In this document: piece after piece, positions 1 through 9,918 of the stretch | Layout of the letters: every line of letters begins with the position of its first letter | Numbering within the stretch: position 1 is the stretch's first letter | Source of the DNA: an uncultured virus (IMG/VR IMGVR_UViG_3300020439_001801) | Lineage: Duplodnaviria > Heunggongvirae > Uroviricota > Caudoviricetes | DNA length: 59,664 bases | IMG/VR virus record: IMGVR_UViG_3300020439_001801 | Direction: 5' to 3' (one strand) | Position numbers and translations under genes: made by a program | The notes under the pieces: model-generated | The model's input: only the letters and a program-made list of their open reading frames with translations | Told to the model about the DNA's origin: nothing | The model's database searches: none

Positions 1-3000
1 TAAACCATATGTTGTACTATCATATGTCATACTACCAGTATCTAAATTATCTTGTGTTATTTGGGAATCTGTATATATTCTACTTCCTGATGGATGTGTT
101 TTTATCCAAGTTCTACTTTTTATATATCCAGCAAAATCATCAGTATGTACCGAAGAAGATGCAAGAGATTCACTTACCTCTTGTGCAATCAAACCATAAT
201 GAGTTCTATTACTACTTCCACTAATCCATTGATATTTAACTGGATTTAAAGAATTAACAAAATTTAATCCTAAATCAGAACCACTAATATTTGTTTTTAA
301 ATCTCTATCAGATGTTTGAATACTACCATTTGTTGCGAAAATATCATCCCATCTTTTTGCAGAACTACCTATATCTTTTGAATTATCAGCTGAGGGTAAT
401 ACATTACAAGCACCAAATACCGCTTCTCCAAGACTTGATGCAGGATAGATGACTACATCACCACCAGTTGTGAAATCATCTGTGAATGTCCTTAATTCTA
501 AATCAACATCAGTACCGAATACACGCATGTTACCATGTGAGTATATCGAACCTCTGGCACTACCATCATTGTTCAACCATCTTATACCTTGATAATCAGA
601 AGTAGAAGATGCCCCTAATATATACATTCCCCAAAAATCATCATCTCCGTTAAAACTATCTATTTGTCCTAAATAAGCAGCTACATCATATTGTGCTATC
701 TGAGTCGGGTCTTCAATTCCACTTCTTCTTGCTACAGCCACACCTGAATCTAATGCCAATTCACCAGAACTTGATAGAAATAAAGATGGAGTAGATATTA
801 CTCCAGATGAACTGATAAATGAACCATTTGCTGCGAATCTTCCATCTATTCCACCACCATTGGCGGTAAATCCAACACTTAAATCCCCAGCGAAGGTTGC
901 ATCGCCAGCTGAACTAAGTGTAATTCCATTTTCTGCACTACCAATCTGAACACCAGTATTTGATAATTGTATTCTTGCCGTAGAACCATCTAATAATTCC
1001 AAACCTGAAGATGATATTGCTAAGTGTTCTGTTGATGTTGGTCCTATTGTTGTTCTTGTACCATAACTTGCTAATATATTATTAGAAGTATCTTTTAAGG
1101 CCATACCACTTGAATTTAAAACAACTTGGGAAACATAAGATGAAGTATGACTATTTAAATTTGTATTTACACTGTCTTGAGATTGTGTAAAATCATTAAG
1201 TGGTGTTAAATCAACACTAGGTGAACCATTTGTCAATACAATAGAACCACCAATTTCTAATGTTGAACCATTCCATCTTAAATAGTTATTTGCATCACTA
1301 CCAGTTAGGAAAAATTCACCACTTGATGACATATAAGTTTTCCATTGGTTTGTATCATAGAATCCCATATTTTCTGAACCTAAGAATAAACCTGAACCAG
1401 CTGGAGTTGGTGTTTTTGTTAACTTACCAGTAGAAGGGTCTACCGCACCACTTTCAGATGCTGATAGAGCTGCATCAGCTGAAAATGCTGAACCACTAAG
1501 TACAGAATTATCTCCAGCTATGGTAGCAAATGCCGAACCACTCAATACCGCATTTTCATTTCCAGTGATAGCTATTGATGCTGATAACGAACCACTAAGA
1601 GTTGCATTATTTGCTGCCGTAGTAGCAAAGTTCTCAGCATTTGTTTGAGCTGCTGATGCTGATAGTGATGCACTTAATACTGCATCCGTATTTCCGATTA
1701 TAGCCAATGAAGCTGATTCAGCTGAAGCTTGGTTAGATGCTGTAATATCTGCTCCTAATGATGCCGTAGCAATCTGTAGATTTTGTGTTTGTAACTCTAA
1801 AGATTGTGTAGCTGCTTGTAAAGATGATGTAGCAGCTGCTAACTCCTGTGAGAAGTTTGTTGGGTCTCCCAATCCAGCAATAGTTGAGGATTGAATATTC
1901 GTACTAGCTATCTGTACTACTCCACCTTCAACACTTAAAATATCACCAGCATCTGCTATACCACTATTCTTTACATTAATAGATGCTTCTAATCCTAACG
2001 CTTGATTACCTTTTGTAAATGGTACACTTTGTTCTACTTTGATTGGAATAAAGTTATTATTAATATCATAAAACTCTACTCTAAAATCAAATTGTTCTGT
2101 TGGATTCTTTCTTGGTATATCTACAATCGCAGTATATTCATCAGGTGAATACGAAGATTCTTCAGCATTCTTTAGAGATAATCTACTAAATAAAAATCTA
2201 CCTGTTGATGCGGCTGTATTTGCTTCTACTCTAATTTGACATTTACCAGTTGTTTCTGCGAAAAAGTTTTTTTGTATTCTTTGGATATTACCCAATCCAT
2301 CTGAGTTTCTATCAATAGAACCACTAAGTAAATCTATAGATTGAGAAGTTACTGTAGGATTACCACTATTATTAGATGATGTTACAATTAAGAATCTAAG
2401 TGTATCTGTATTTACTGATGCTCCTGAACCAGAGTATCTAGCATTATATTTGAATGAATACTCAGAACCACTTACTATTTCAAATTCACCAATAGTACCA
2501 GCCGATTCTACAGAATGATTTCCTTTTACTTCTAATGAGTTAATTAATTTATCATTGTGTATTTCTACACCCGATGATGTTGTATAATAAACATCACCTT
2601 CTTCAGATACTATATTTTCTCTTCTTAATTTACCATAATTGATTACAGTTCTATCATCTACTGAAAAATCTCTTAGTAACTCAGTTGCATCTAATTTGTT
2701 TTCTTGTACAACTTGGAAATCTCCCAAATCGTTTCTTGATTTCCTAAATATTTTTATTCTTGCTACATCACCAGTAAATGTTTTTAGATTTTCCAATCTT
2801 ATCTCAGCATATGATGCAGTAACATTTGAACCAGTTACAACTGCATCCTCTACGGATTCAAATTCTAGTGAATATGATACTGGTTGGAATTCGTGTACTA
2901 CATTATTAATAAGATAAGGTTTTCTAACCAACATCTCATCTGCATTAACAACTTCTAATACCGATGATGAGTATCCCAACGAAGGAATTTGAAGAGTTGT

Positions 3001-3672
3001 GTTCTCTTCCATTGATTGAGTAAACTTATTTCCTTCTTGTAATTTTATTCTATATTGGGAAGGAGCAGTCCAAGTAGAGAAATCAGAACCTGTATCTGGT
3101 ACTTCAGCTATACCAATAACTGAACCTGATTTATTTAATGTCATTTCTGTTTTTACTAATAGTGGTTTTTCTATTTCAGTAACAGAAAATGTAGGTCTTT
3201 TAAAAAATCTTACTTGAGTTTTATTTGGAATCTTTGGATTGATTTTGAATTTTTGAGTCCATCTAATATTTGGTATGCCTCTAAATTCTACAGGTATTTT
3301 TCGTTCTATACCTCTTTCATCTATGTATGTTTCTAATTCAGCAACTATACTTAACGAACCCACTCCTATTGGGGTATCATCATATATGTGAATAGCCATT
3401 ACGATAGAATTACCTTCTCTAAAGGTTCTATCTCCTTGCTTTCCTGGTTCTATGTACAATGGATTACCATTAACATCGTTAGCTTCAAATCTAACCTTTG
3501 AACCTTTCTTAAAAAAAGAACTACCTTCAAATAAGAAAGCATTCTTACCACCAGTCAAAGTTCTCTCTAATTCTGTAATATTAAAATAAACAGAATCCGA
3601 ACTACTATCTTCTATAAAAACTTTTAGTTTTCTTAAATTTAACGAAGGTGAATATTTTTTTAATACTGCCAT
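1..3672 (-). CDS. Large tail fibre / receptor-binding protein with C-terminal peptidase S74-type intramolecular chaperone (3' end beyond window)
   Basis: Not in the ORF track because no stop lies in the window. ATG at 3672 gives MAVLKKYSPSLNLRK...; the same frame near position 1 reads ...KRWDDIFATNGSIQTSDRDLKTNI...LNPVKYQW...RTHYGLIAQEV...YDSTTYGL, the S74 chaperone pattern. Ala/Ser-rich coiled-coil segment at about 1450-1860. Not every internal codon was checked. Confidence 0.85.
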   Translation of the reverse strand, partial: MAVLKKYSPSLNLRKLKVFIEDSSSDSVYFNITELERTLTGGKNAFLFEGSSFFKKGSKVRFEANDVNGNPLYIEPGKQGDRTFREGNSIVMAIHIYDDTPIGVGSLSIVAELETYIDERGIERKIPVEFRGIPNIRWTQKFKINPKIPNKTQVRFFKRPTFSVTEIEKPLLVKTEMTLNKSGSVIGIAEVPDTGSDFSTWTAPSQYRIKLQEGNKFTQSMEENTTLQIPSLGYSSSVLEVVNADEMLVRKPYLINNVVHEFQPVSYSLEFESVEDAVVTGSNVTASYAEIRLENLKTFTGDVARIKIFRKSRNDLGDFQVVQENKLDATELLRDFSVDDRTVINYGKLRRENIVSEEGDVYYTTSSGVEIHNDKLINSLEVKGNHSVESAGTIGEFEIVSGSEYSFKYNARYSGSGASVNTDTLRFLIVTSSNNSGNPTVTSQSIDLLSGSIDRNSDGLGNIQRIQKNFFAETTGKCQIRVEANTAASTGRFLFSRLSLKNAEESSYSPDEYTAIVDIPRKNPTEQFDFRVEFYDINNNFIPIKVEQSVPFTKGNQALGLEASINVKNSGIADAGDILSVEGGVVQIASTNIQSSTIAGLGDPTNFSQELAAATSSLQAATQSLELQTQNLQIATASLGADITASNQASAESASLAIIGNTDAVLSASLSASAAQTNAENFATTAANNATLSGSLSASIAITGNENAVLSGSAFATIAGDNSVLSGSAFSADAALSASESGAVDPSTGKLTKTPTPAGSGLFLGSENMGFYDTNQWKTYMSSSGEFFLTGSDANNYLRWNGSTLEIGGSIVLTNGSPSVDLTPLNDFTQSQDSVNTNLNSHTSSYVSQVVLNSSGMALKDTSNNILASYGTRTTIGPTSTEHLAISSSGLELLDGSTARIQLSNTGVQIGSAENGITLSSAGDATFAGDLSVGFTANGGGIDGRFAANGSFISSSGVISTPSLFLSSSGELALDSGVAVARRSGIEDPTQIAQYDVAAYLGQIDSFNGDDDFWGMYILGASSTSDYQGIRWLNNDGSARGSIYSHGNMRVFGTDVDLELRTFTDDFTTGGDVVIYPASSLGEAVFGACNVLPSADNSKDIGSSAKRWDDIFATNGSIQTSDRDLKTNISGSDLGLNFVNSLNPVKYQWISGSSNRTHYGLIAQEVSESLASSSVHTDDFAGYIKSRTWIKTHPSGSRIYTDSQITQDNLDTGSMTYDSTTYGL

Positions 3673-3675
3673 ACA

Positions 3676-3683
3676 TATAAATA
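3676..3683 (-). promoter_or_regulatory. Putative late promoter motif TATTTATA (sense strand)
   Basis: Ends 3 nt upstream of the tail fibre ATG; the same octamer recurs before about 10 other gene starts. Confidence 0.6.
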
Positions 3684-3699
3684 TGTAAAAGTAGAATTG

Positions 3700-4533
3700 T
3701 TAAACAACTGCTCTACCTTTCATATTCTCCCAATCTCTATTCTTCCTAACTACATCGTTTGTTTCCTCAACGGCATTAAGAACATTAGTTTCGGTATGTA
3801 AATTCATAGCTAAATAAATCAATGCTGATAAATCTTTGGGTAAACAATGTCCACCAAACCCAAAATCACCATCAGGTCCTGGTACATTCCAATGTGATTT
3901 ACCCAATCTATCATCTAAAGTAGCATATTCAACTACTTTATCGTAATCAATATTTAATTTATCACATATCTGATAAATTTCATTAGCGAAGGATACTTTT
4001 GTTGCTAAAAATGAATTTGTTAAATACTTTACCATTTCAGCATGAGTAGAATCTGTTTTAATTATATGTGCTTTTGGAAATACCTTAGAATACATTCTTC
4101 TTAATTCTGTAGTAGCTGGTCTTGGTCCTCCTAATATAATTCTATTTTGATTATTAAAATCTTCTACCGCATTTGCTTCAGTAAGAAATTCAGGATTGAA
4201 TACTATATCCAATGATTCATATAATGAATTCCATTTATCTGTTGTACCTGGCGATACTGTAGATTTTATTACTATAGTTTTTTTTATTTCTTGATTATCG
4301 GTAATCAACTCTATGTTTTCCAATTCTCTTTGTAAGATATCAACATTACAACTACCATCAGTATTCATCGGAGTTGGTAAACATAAAAATATAGTATTAC
4401 ATTTAAAAAGTAAATCTTCCTTTGTAGAGTTAGATTTTGATTCATCTAAATCATAAGTTAAAACATCAAAATAATTTTTAAACTTTTGGTAAACAGCGTT
4501 ACCAACAAATCCTTGTCCTATAATTCCTATCAT
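3700..4533 (-). CDS. UDP-glucose/GDP-mannose dehydrogenase family protein (short form)
   Basis: GIIGQGFVG Rossmann motif, IKSTVSPG, FNPEFL, AEMVKY..N, GFGGHCLPKD catalytic motif. Confidence 0.9.
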   Translation of the reverse strand: MIGIIGQGFVGNAVYQKFKNYFDVLTYDLDESKSNSTKEDLLFKCNTIFLCLPTPMNTDGSCNVDILQRELENIELITDNQEIKKTIVIKSTVSPGTTDKWNSLYESLDIVFNPEFLTEANAVEDFNNQNRIILGGPRPATTELRRMYSKVFPKAHIIKTDSTHAEMVKYLTNSFLATKVSFANEIYQICDKLNIDYDKVVEYATLDDRLGKSHWNVPGPDGDFGFGGHCLPKDLSALIYLAMNLHTETNVLNAVEETNDVVRKNRDWENMKGRAVV

Positions 4534-4913
4534 TTTATAATTCGTTTAATCCAACTATATCTTTTTCTATTTTTTAAATAATTAAAATTCTTCTCATTAG
4601 TATATGCTTCTCTTTCAAATGAAATATTATAATACCCTTTTTGTATATTGAAATAAATTAATGATTTAACAATGTACTCAATCACATATATAACATAAAA
4701 TAAAACCACACCCAATTCTAATTGCTGTTGAAAGTGTATAGTTTCATGATTAATTATTTTTTTAGCTTTTGCTTTCCAAAACTTACTTCCATCTTTATAT
4801 TTTTCTCTTAAAATAATAAATGGGAATAGTGATATCCCACCGATTCTCATAAACCAACTTATGGAATCTAAAAATTTATCGTTGTATTTTACAAATGGTT
4901 TCCAATTTTTCAT
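4530..4913 (-). CDS. Hypothetical membrane-associated zincin-like protein
   Basis: HETIH (HExxH) motif, hydrophobic stretch, ISFEREAY. Confidence 0.6.
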   Translation of the reverse strand: MKNWKPFVKYNDKFLDSISWFMRIGGISLFPFIILREKYKDGSKFWKAKAKKIINHETIHFQQQLELGVVLFYVIYVIEYIVKSLIYFNIQKGYYNISFEREAYTNEKNFNYLKNRKRYSWIKRIIK

Positions 4914-5791
4914 ATCATCTCCTTTAAATATTGAAATAGTGTTTTTGTTATTTTTGGTTTTTCGAAATCTGTATCTAATGTATATCTCCTATCGTGTCCT
5001 TTTCTATCTTCTACAAATTCATACTTTGGTGCTTTACCTAAAAGAAATGCTATGTGAGCTACAATATCTATATTTTGTAAAGTATCACCACTACCAATAT
5101 TGTAAGTACCTTCTTTGTACAACATTAGTTTTAAGATTTCTTTAACATTATCCTCAACCCAAATCCATTCTCTAATTTGTTTACCATCACCATATACAGG
5201 TATCGGTTTATCTTCCTTTATAGAACGCATGATTGTAGGAATAAACTTTTCACTATGTTGATTGATACCAAAGTTGTTACAAGTACGAGTTATAACATAA
5301 GGCAATCCAAACGTATGTCCACAACTATGAACTAACATATCAGCTGATGCTTTTGTTGCTGAGTAGTAGGAAGATGGATACAAAAAGTTCTGCTCAAACG
5401 ATGCATCAATATCTAATAAATCTAAATCACCATAAACCTCATCAGTACTAATTTGTACAAACTTTTGTAACTTTGGATTTTTTCTTGCTAATTCTAAAAG
5501 ATTATATGTTCCTTCGATATTTGTTTTTACAAAAGGTTTACCATCTTTGATTGAGTTATCAACGTGTGATTCAGCTGCAAAGTTTACTAAGAAATCATAC
5601 TCACCCAAATCTTCTGAGGTTACATCACATATATCTTTTTTTAGTATTGGTATCTTTGGAATAATATCTACATTAGAAGCGTATGTTAGTTTATCTACTA
5701 CTAAAACATCCAATCCTTTACTAACACATAAGTTAGCAAAAGAAGAACCTATAAATCCTGCTCCACCAGTAACTATTACTCTTATACTCAT
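4910..5791 (-). CDS. rmlB: dTDP-glucose 4,6-dehydratase
   Basis: VTGGAGFIG, DKLTYA, AAESHVDNS, ISTDEVYG, YSATK, GHDRRY. Confidence 0.9.
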   Translation of the reverse strand: MSIRVIVTGGAGFIGSSFANLCVSKGLDVLVVDKLTYASNVDIIPKIPILKKDICDVTSEDLGEYDFLVNFAAESHVDNSIKDGKPFVKTNIEGTYNLLELARKNPKLQKFVQISTDEVYGDLDLLDIDASFEQNFLYPSSYYSATKASADMLVHSCGHTFGLPYVITRTCNNFGINQHSEKFIPTIMRSIKEDKPIPVYGDGKQIREWIWVEDNVKEILKLMLYKEGTYNIGSGDTLQNIDIVAHIAFLLGKAPKYEFVEDRKGHDRRYTLDTDFEKPKITKTLFQYLKEMI

Positions 5792-5792
5792 T

Positions 5793-8700
5793 CTAAAATT
5801 TTACGTTACTAAATCCATTTACTTTTTTAATCTCTACTAAACTATCAACAACATCTCTCATCGAATCGATGTGTGATATAATCATAACAAAATCAAATTG
5901 TGTTTTTAAGTATGCAAATAACATATAAAGAGATGTTAAGTTTTCGTTATCTAATGTACCAAATCCTTCATCAATTACTAAGAAGTTTGGTCTTGGTAAG
6001 TTACATACGTTGATTAGAGCAATTCTAATTGCTAAACCTGATATAAACCTTTCCATACCACTACACATCTCCAATCCCCACTTCTGGTCATCGTAAACGA
6101 TAAATGCGTTAACATTCTTACCATCCATCTCCAATTGCATTCCAAAATCAACAATCTGCCCTAAGATGTTATTTACCTCACCTTCAATCATAGGTAGTGC
6201 TTTCTGTATCAACTCATATGATACACCATCTCTACCCAAAGAGTTAAGATAGTACTCAAATAGATTATGAGTTTCCTCTAAATCTTTTACCTCTTTAATC
6301 CTATCTTCAATTGTTTCTTTTTGATTTTGTAAAGCAGAAATTGTACCATTCATTCTTAGAATATCGGTATTATTATTTCTGATTATTTGTTTTATTTTTG
6401 TTAAATCAGAACGAACATCTACAATCTCATCTCTAACTTCTTTATTTTTCTTAATCTGTTCTTCGTTCTTATAATATTCTTCAATAAGTTGCTCCTGTTG
6501 AGCGATTTGTGTAGAATTCTTAAATTCTTCGGTCTCAATTGTTGATAACTTGTTAATAAGTTGAGATATCTCTCTATCTATCTTATCTTCTTTTTCTTTA
6601 GCTTCGTTAAAGTTTTTCCATTCTTCTTCTAAAGTTTTTAAAGAATCTATTTTAATTTGTAATTCAGATAATTTAGATTTTAGTTCTTTATTTTCCGATT
6701 CTTTTTCATCTAATTCTCTATCTACCTTTTCCTTTTGCTCTCTAATTGTTTGAGAGTTTTCCATACAGATATCACAATCTTCATTGTATTTATGTGAATC
6801 TAAATGTTCTTTTCTTTCATATAAGGAATCCAATTTTATTTGTATTTTATCTAAATCAGATTCTATTTTGTTAAAATCCACTCTTGCTTCGCTTAGAGAA
6901 TCCATTCCCTCTTCTAATACTTCTTCATCAAATTTATCTAAAATCTCCTCTAACGTTATCTGAAGTTCTTCTCTTTGGGTGATTCTGTTTTGTATTGAAT
7001 CTTTATCGGTATTTACCTTATCTTTTTTCTTTTGTAAGATTTTTAATCTTTTTTCTAATTCCTCAATCGATACACCACTATCAGCATTTAACTTTACAAT
7101 CTTCTCATTTAATCTTACAATTTGATTTTGTAAATCCTCTTCTTTACTCTTAGCAGTATCTTGCTCCTTCTCCATTTCTCCATACTCCTCAATAGAAGTT
7201 TTAAGGTCGTTTTCGATATCGGCGAGTCGGGTCGTAAAATCATCACTCTTGAATTTTCTGATAAGTGAAGCGTTATCCCTATTCTCATCACTTGCTAATC
7301 CATATAGTTTATCAAAGATATCTACCCCCATAAATTGAGCTAATATCTCCTTTCTTTCCGATTGTGATTTATCTATGAATAGTGCGTTATCACCTTGTAG
7401 TGATAAAGTTGTAAGTACGAAATCCTCATACTTACCTAAGTATTGTATAATTGATTTGTTTGTATCCTTTCTCTGTTCACCATTAAGTGAAGTGATTAAT
7501 CCATCCTCATCTTTCCAAAAATCTACATCAACCTTTAGATTTCTTCCGTGGTTGATTAACTTAGCTCTTCTCTCAATGTAGTAATCTACCTCATCTATTT
7601 GGAAGTGTAGTTTACATCTGAAGTGTGTTTTACGATTGTTTAGAATGTTCTTAGCAATATACGTTCTACTTGTCTTATCATATACACAAAACGATAATGC
7701 ATCAAAGAGAGCTGATTTACCACTAGCATTAGGAGCGAATATACCAACGATACCTTTTGTTTTAGTAAAGTCTACTTTGTTATTCTCACCATACGAAAAC
7801 ATATTGGTAAACTCAAATGATTGTGGTATCCATTGTATATTGGGAGTTATATCATCATCTGTAAGTTTAGTATTGATATCTCTGTTAATTTGCTGAATCT
7901 TATCTATCGTATCATCATCTGCCAAATATTGTCTTTCCAAATATCCTTTGATGAGTTCGTTTTGTAATTCAACATCCCTAACGTTACCGATGGTTAAGTT
8001 CGTATCGAAATCACCGATTTTCTGTTTAGTTAAAGTATCCATTCGAGTTACAGTAAACTCTTGTACTTTATATTTCTTTTTAATTTCGGTTAAAGCCCTT
8101 TTGATTTGGGATGGGTCAGTATTTGATATCCTAACTCTCAATCGAGGTTTTTTGGGCATATCAGTTACATCAGGAACAACTCCGTTATCTACATCTAATG
8201 TGTAGAATCCATAATCATTAGGAATGTTAAATTCTTCGAATGTACGAGTAGGTACATCCCACAACAAGTATCCATGCTTATCCAGTGATTCACCATGATT
8301 TTGTTGAATCATAGAACCAGCATAGGCGATATGGTCTCCTCCAATAGTTTGTCTTTTGTGAATATCTCCCAATAGAGCCATATCAAATCCATCGAACATT
8401 TCTTCAGTAAATGAGTTAGAAGATACGATGTATCCAACATCGGTTTTTGAATCATTTATCGGTCCATGAAATAAAACGATTTTATTTTCTCCATCAATGG
8501 TATCTCCTTTAGGCCAATTTTCCTTGTCATCCAATATAGAATAGACAACGAAAGTAAGATTATGGATATTATAGATACCAGTATCACGAAGATAATGAAT
8601 TCGAGGATTTGAGAGATTTTCGATAATAGGTGTGAGTACATCTAATCTGTAGTTATTATTTAAGTTACAATCGTGGTTACCTGTGATTAACACAGTCTCT

Positions 8701-8933
8701 CTCAATTTAGCACATTCGGTTAGAAACCAACTAATCTCCTGCACTAATTCAGGTGACATCTCTGTTTTAGCATGAGCGATATCACCAGCAATATAGATGA
8801 TAGAATCTTCTATATTATCTTGTTTAACTTGTTTTAAGAATTTGTTGAATACTTCTCTGTATTCTTTGTGTCTCTTCAGATTTCTAATGTGTAAATCTGC
8901 TAAGTGATAAATTTTATTTATGGTATAACTCAT
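5793..8933 (-). CDS. Fused SbcD/Mre11 nuclease + SbcC/Rad50 ATPase (T4 gp47/gp46-like)
   Basis: DLH, GD, GNHD, GDIH phosphoesterase motifs; Walker A APNASGKS; coiled coil with CDIC zinc hook; signature CSGME; Walker B VIDEGFGTLD; H-loop IISH. Confidence 0.9.
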   Translation of the reverse strand: MSYTINKIYHLADLHIRNLKRHKEYREVFNKFLKQVKQDNIEDSIIYIAGDIAHAKTEMSPELVQEISWFLTECAKLRETVLITGNHDCNLNNNYRLDVLTPIIENLSNPRIHYLRDTGIYNIHNLTFVVYSILDDKENWPKGDTIDGENKIVLFHGPINDSKTDVGYIVSSNSFTEEMFDGFDMALLGDIHKRQTIGGDHIAYAGSMIQQNHGESLDKHGYLLWDVPTRTFEEFNIPNDYGFYTLDVDNGVVPDVTDMPKKPRLRVRISNTDPSQIKRALTEIKKKYKVQEFTVTRMDTLTKQKIGDFDTNLTIGNVRDVELQNELIKGYLERQYLADDDTIDKIQQINRDINTKLTDDDITPNIQWIPQSFEFTNMFSYGENNKVDFTKTKGIVGIFAPNASGKSALFDALSFCVYDKTSRTYIAKNILNNRKTHFRCKLHFQIDEVDYYIERRAKLINHGRNLKVDVDFWKDEDGLITSLNGEQRKDTNKSIIQYLGKYEDFVLTTLSLQGDNALFIDKSQSERKEILAQFMGVDIFDKLYGLASDENRDNASLIRKFKSDDFTTRLADIENDLKTSIEEYGEMEKEQDTAKSKEEDLQNQIVRLNEKIVKLNADSGVSIEELEKRLKILQKKKDKVNTDKDSIQNRITQREELQITLEEILDKFDEEVLEEGMDSLSEARVDFNKIESDLDKIQIKLDSLYERKEHLDSHKYNEDCDICMENSQTIREQKEKVDRELDEKESENKELKSKLSELQIKIDSLKTLEEEWKNFNEAKEKEDKIDREISQLINKLSTIETEEFKNSTQIAQQEQLIEEYYKNEEQIKKNKEVRDEIVDVRSDLTKIKQIIRNNNTDILRMNGTISALQNQKETIEDRIKEVKDLEETHNLFEYYLNSLGRDGVSYELIQKALPMIEGEVNNILGQIVDFGMQLEMDGKNVNAFIVYDDQKWGLEMCSGMERFISGLAIRIALINVCNLPRPNFLVIDEGFGTLDNENLTSLYMLFAYLKTQFDFVMIISHIDSMRDVVDSLVEIKKVNGFSNVKF

Positions 8934-9918
8934 AAAATATATTTTCTAATTTATTTTTGTGGTGTTCCAAAAACTCCAATAGCTTTTGGTAATTTCTTTC
9001 ACATACATCTTCGTATTGTAAACTTAATTCCTTACACTCTTTTAAAGAAAGTTCACATATACGTTTACAAATTTCTAATTGTTGTGTTTTATGGTCTAAT
9101 CCAAAATAATTTGGAAACTCAAACCCAAACGATTCTAAATAATCATATGCTTCTTTTTGTATTACGTTTATAGATGGTCTTTTAAACATAAACGATTTAA
9201 GTGTTTTTTCAGTACAACTTACTAACCAACTAGCTGATTCGTATTGTGTTAATCTGGTTTCTATATCTAAAGAAAATATAGATTCAAAATCTTCTTTTGG
9301 TAAAGTGTATGATTTATAATCACCATCTAAATCTTTTTCAGATTCAAATCTTTTTGATTCTATTCTATCTGCTTCATCACCATATTGTTCAGCAAAATTA
9401 TTTATACTATAAACAAATGATTTATATTTTTGTAATTGTTTACAAAATTTTATTCTATCTTCATTTGGTCTACCAAATTTAGATATTAAATTATACTTTG
9501 GTTCTTTTTTTTCAAAATCGTATTTTTCCAAATATAACTTAGTAATATCTCCAAAAGCTCCAATTGATGTATATGTGTTCGTTAACAATTTATATGGAGA
9601 TTTTTCTGAGAAAAAATTAAATATAAAATGTATGTTATCCTTCCATTCATAATAAAAGGGATAATCTGAATTATAGCTATCCCAATAAAGTTCAGACATA
9701 TAAACAATTACCTTTTTATATTTTTTGTGTAATTTTTGTTTTGTTATAGTTTTTAAACATTCTAATATCAATGAATCACATTCTATAAATGCTATATCAT
9801 CCCTATCATATTTTTTTAAAATAGAATGTAATGTATTATGTCTTTTATCTTGAGGAAATAGTAAATCATCTAATTTTATTTCATAAATTTTACTATCCTT
9901 ATATTCAAATACCATCAA
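8914..9918 (-). CDS. Hypothetical protein, possible GT-B glycosyltransferase-like
   Basis: Full-length ORF; C-terminal ET...TEKTLKSF...L.SFGF pattern resembles the GT10-like TEK motif. Confidence 0.45.
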   Translation of the reverse strand: MMVFEYKDSKIYEIKLDDLLFPQDKRHNTLHSILKKYDRDDIAFIECDSLILECLKTITKQKLHKKYKKVIVYMSELYWDSYNSDYPFYYEWKDNIHFIFNFFSEKSPYKLLTNTYTSIGAFGDITKLYLEKYDFEKKEPKYNLISKFGRPNEDRIKFCKQLQKYKSFVYSINNFAEQYGDEADRIESKRFESEKDLDGDYKSYTLPKEDFESIFSLDIETRLTQYESASWLVSCTEKTLKSFMFKRPSINVIQKEAYDYLESFGFEFPNYFGLDHKTQQLEICKRICELSLKECKELSLQYEDVCERNYQKLLEFLEHHKNKLENIFYELYHK

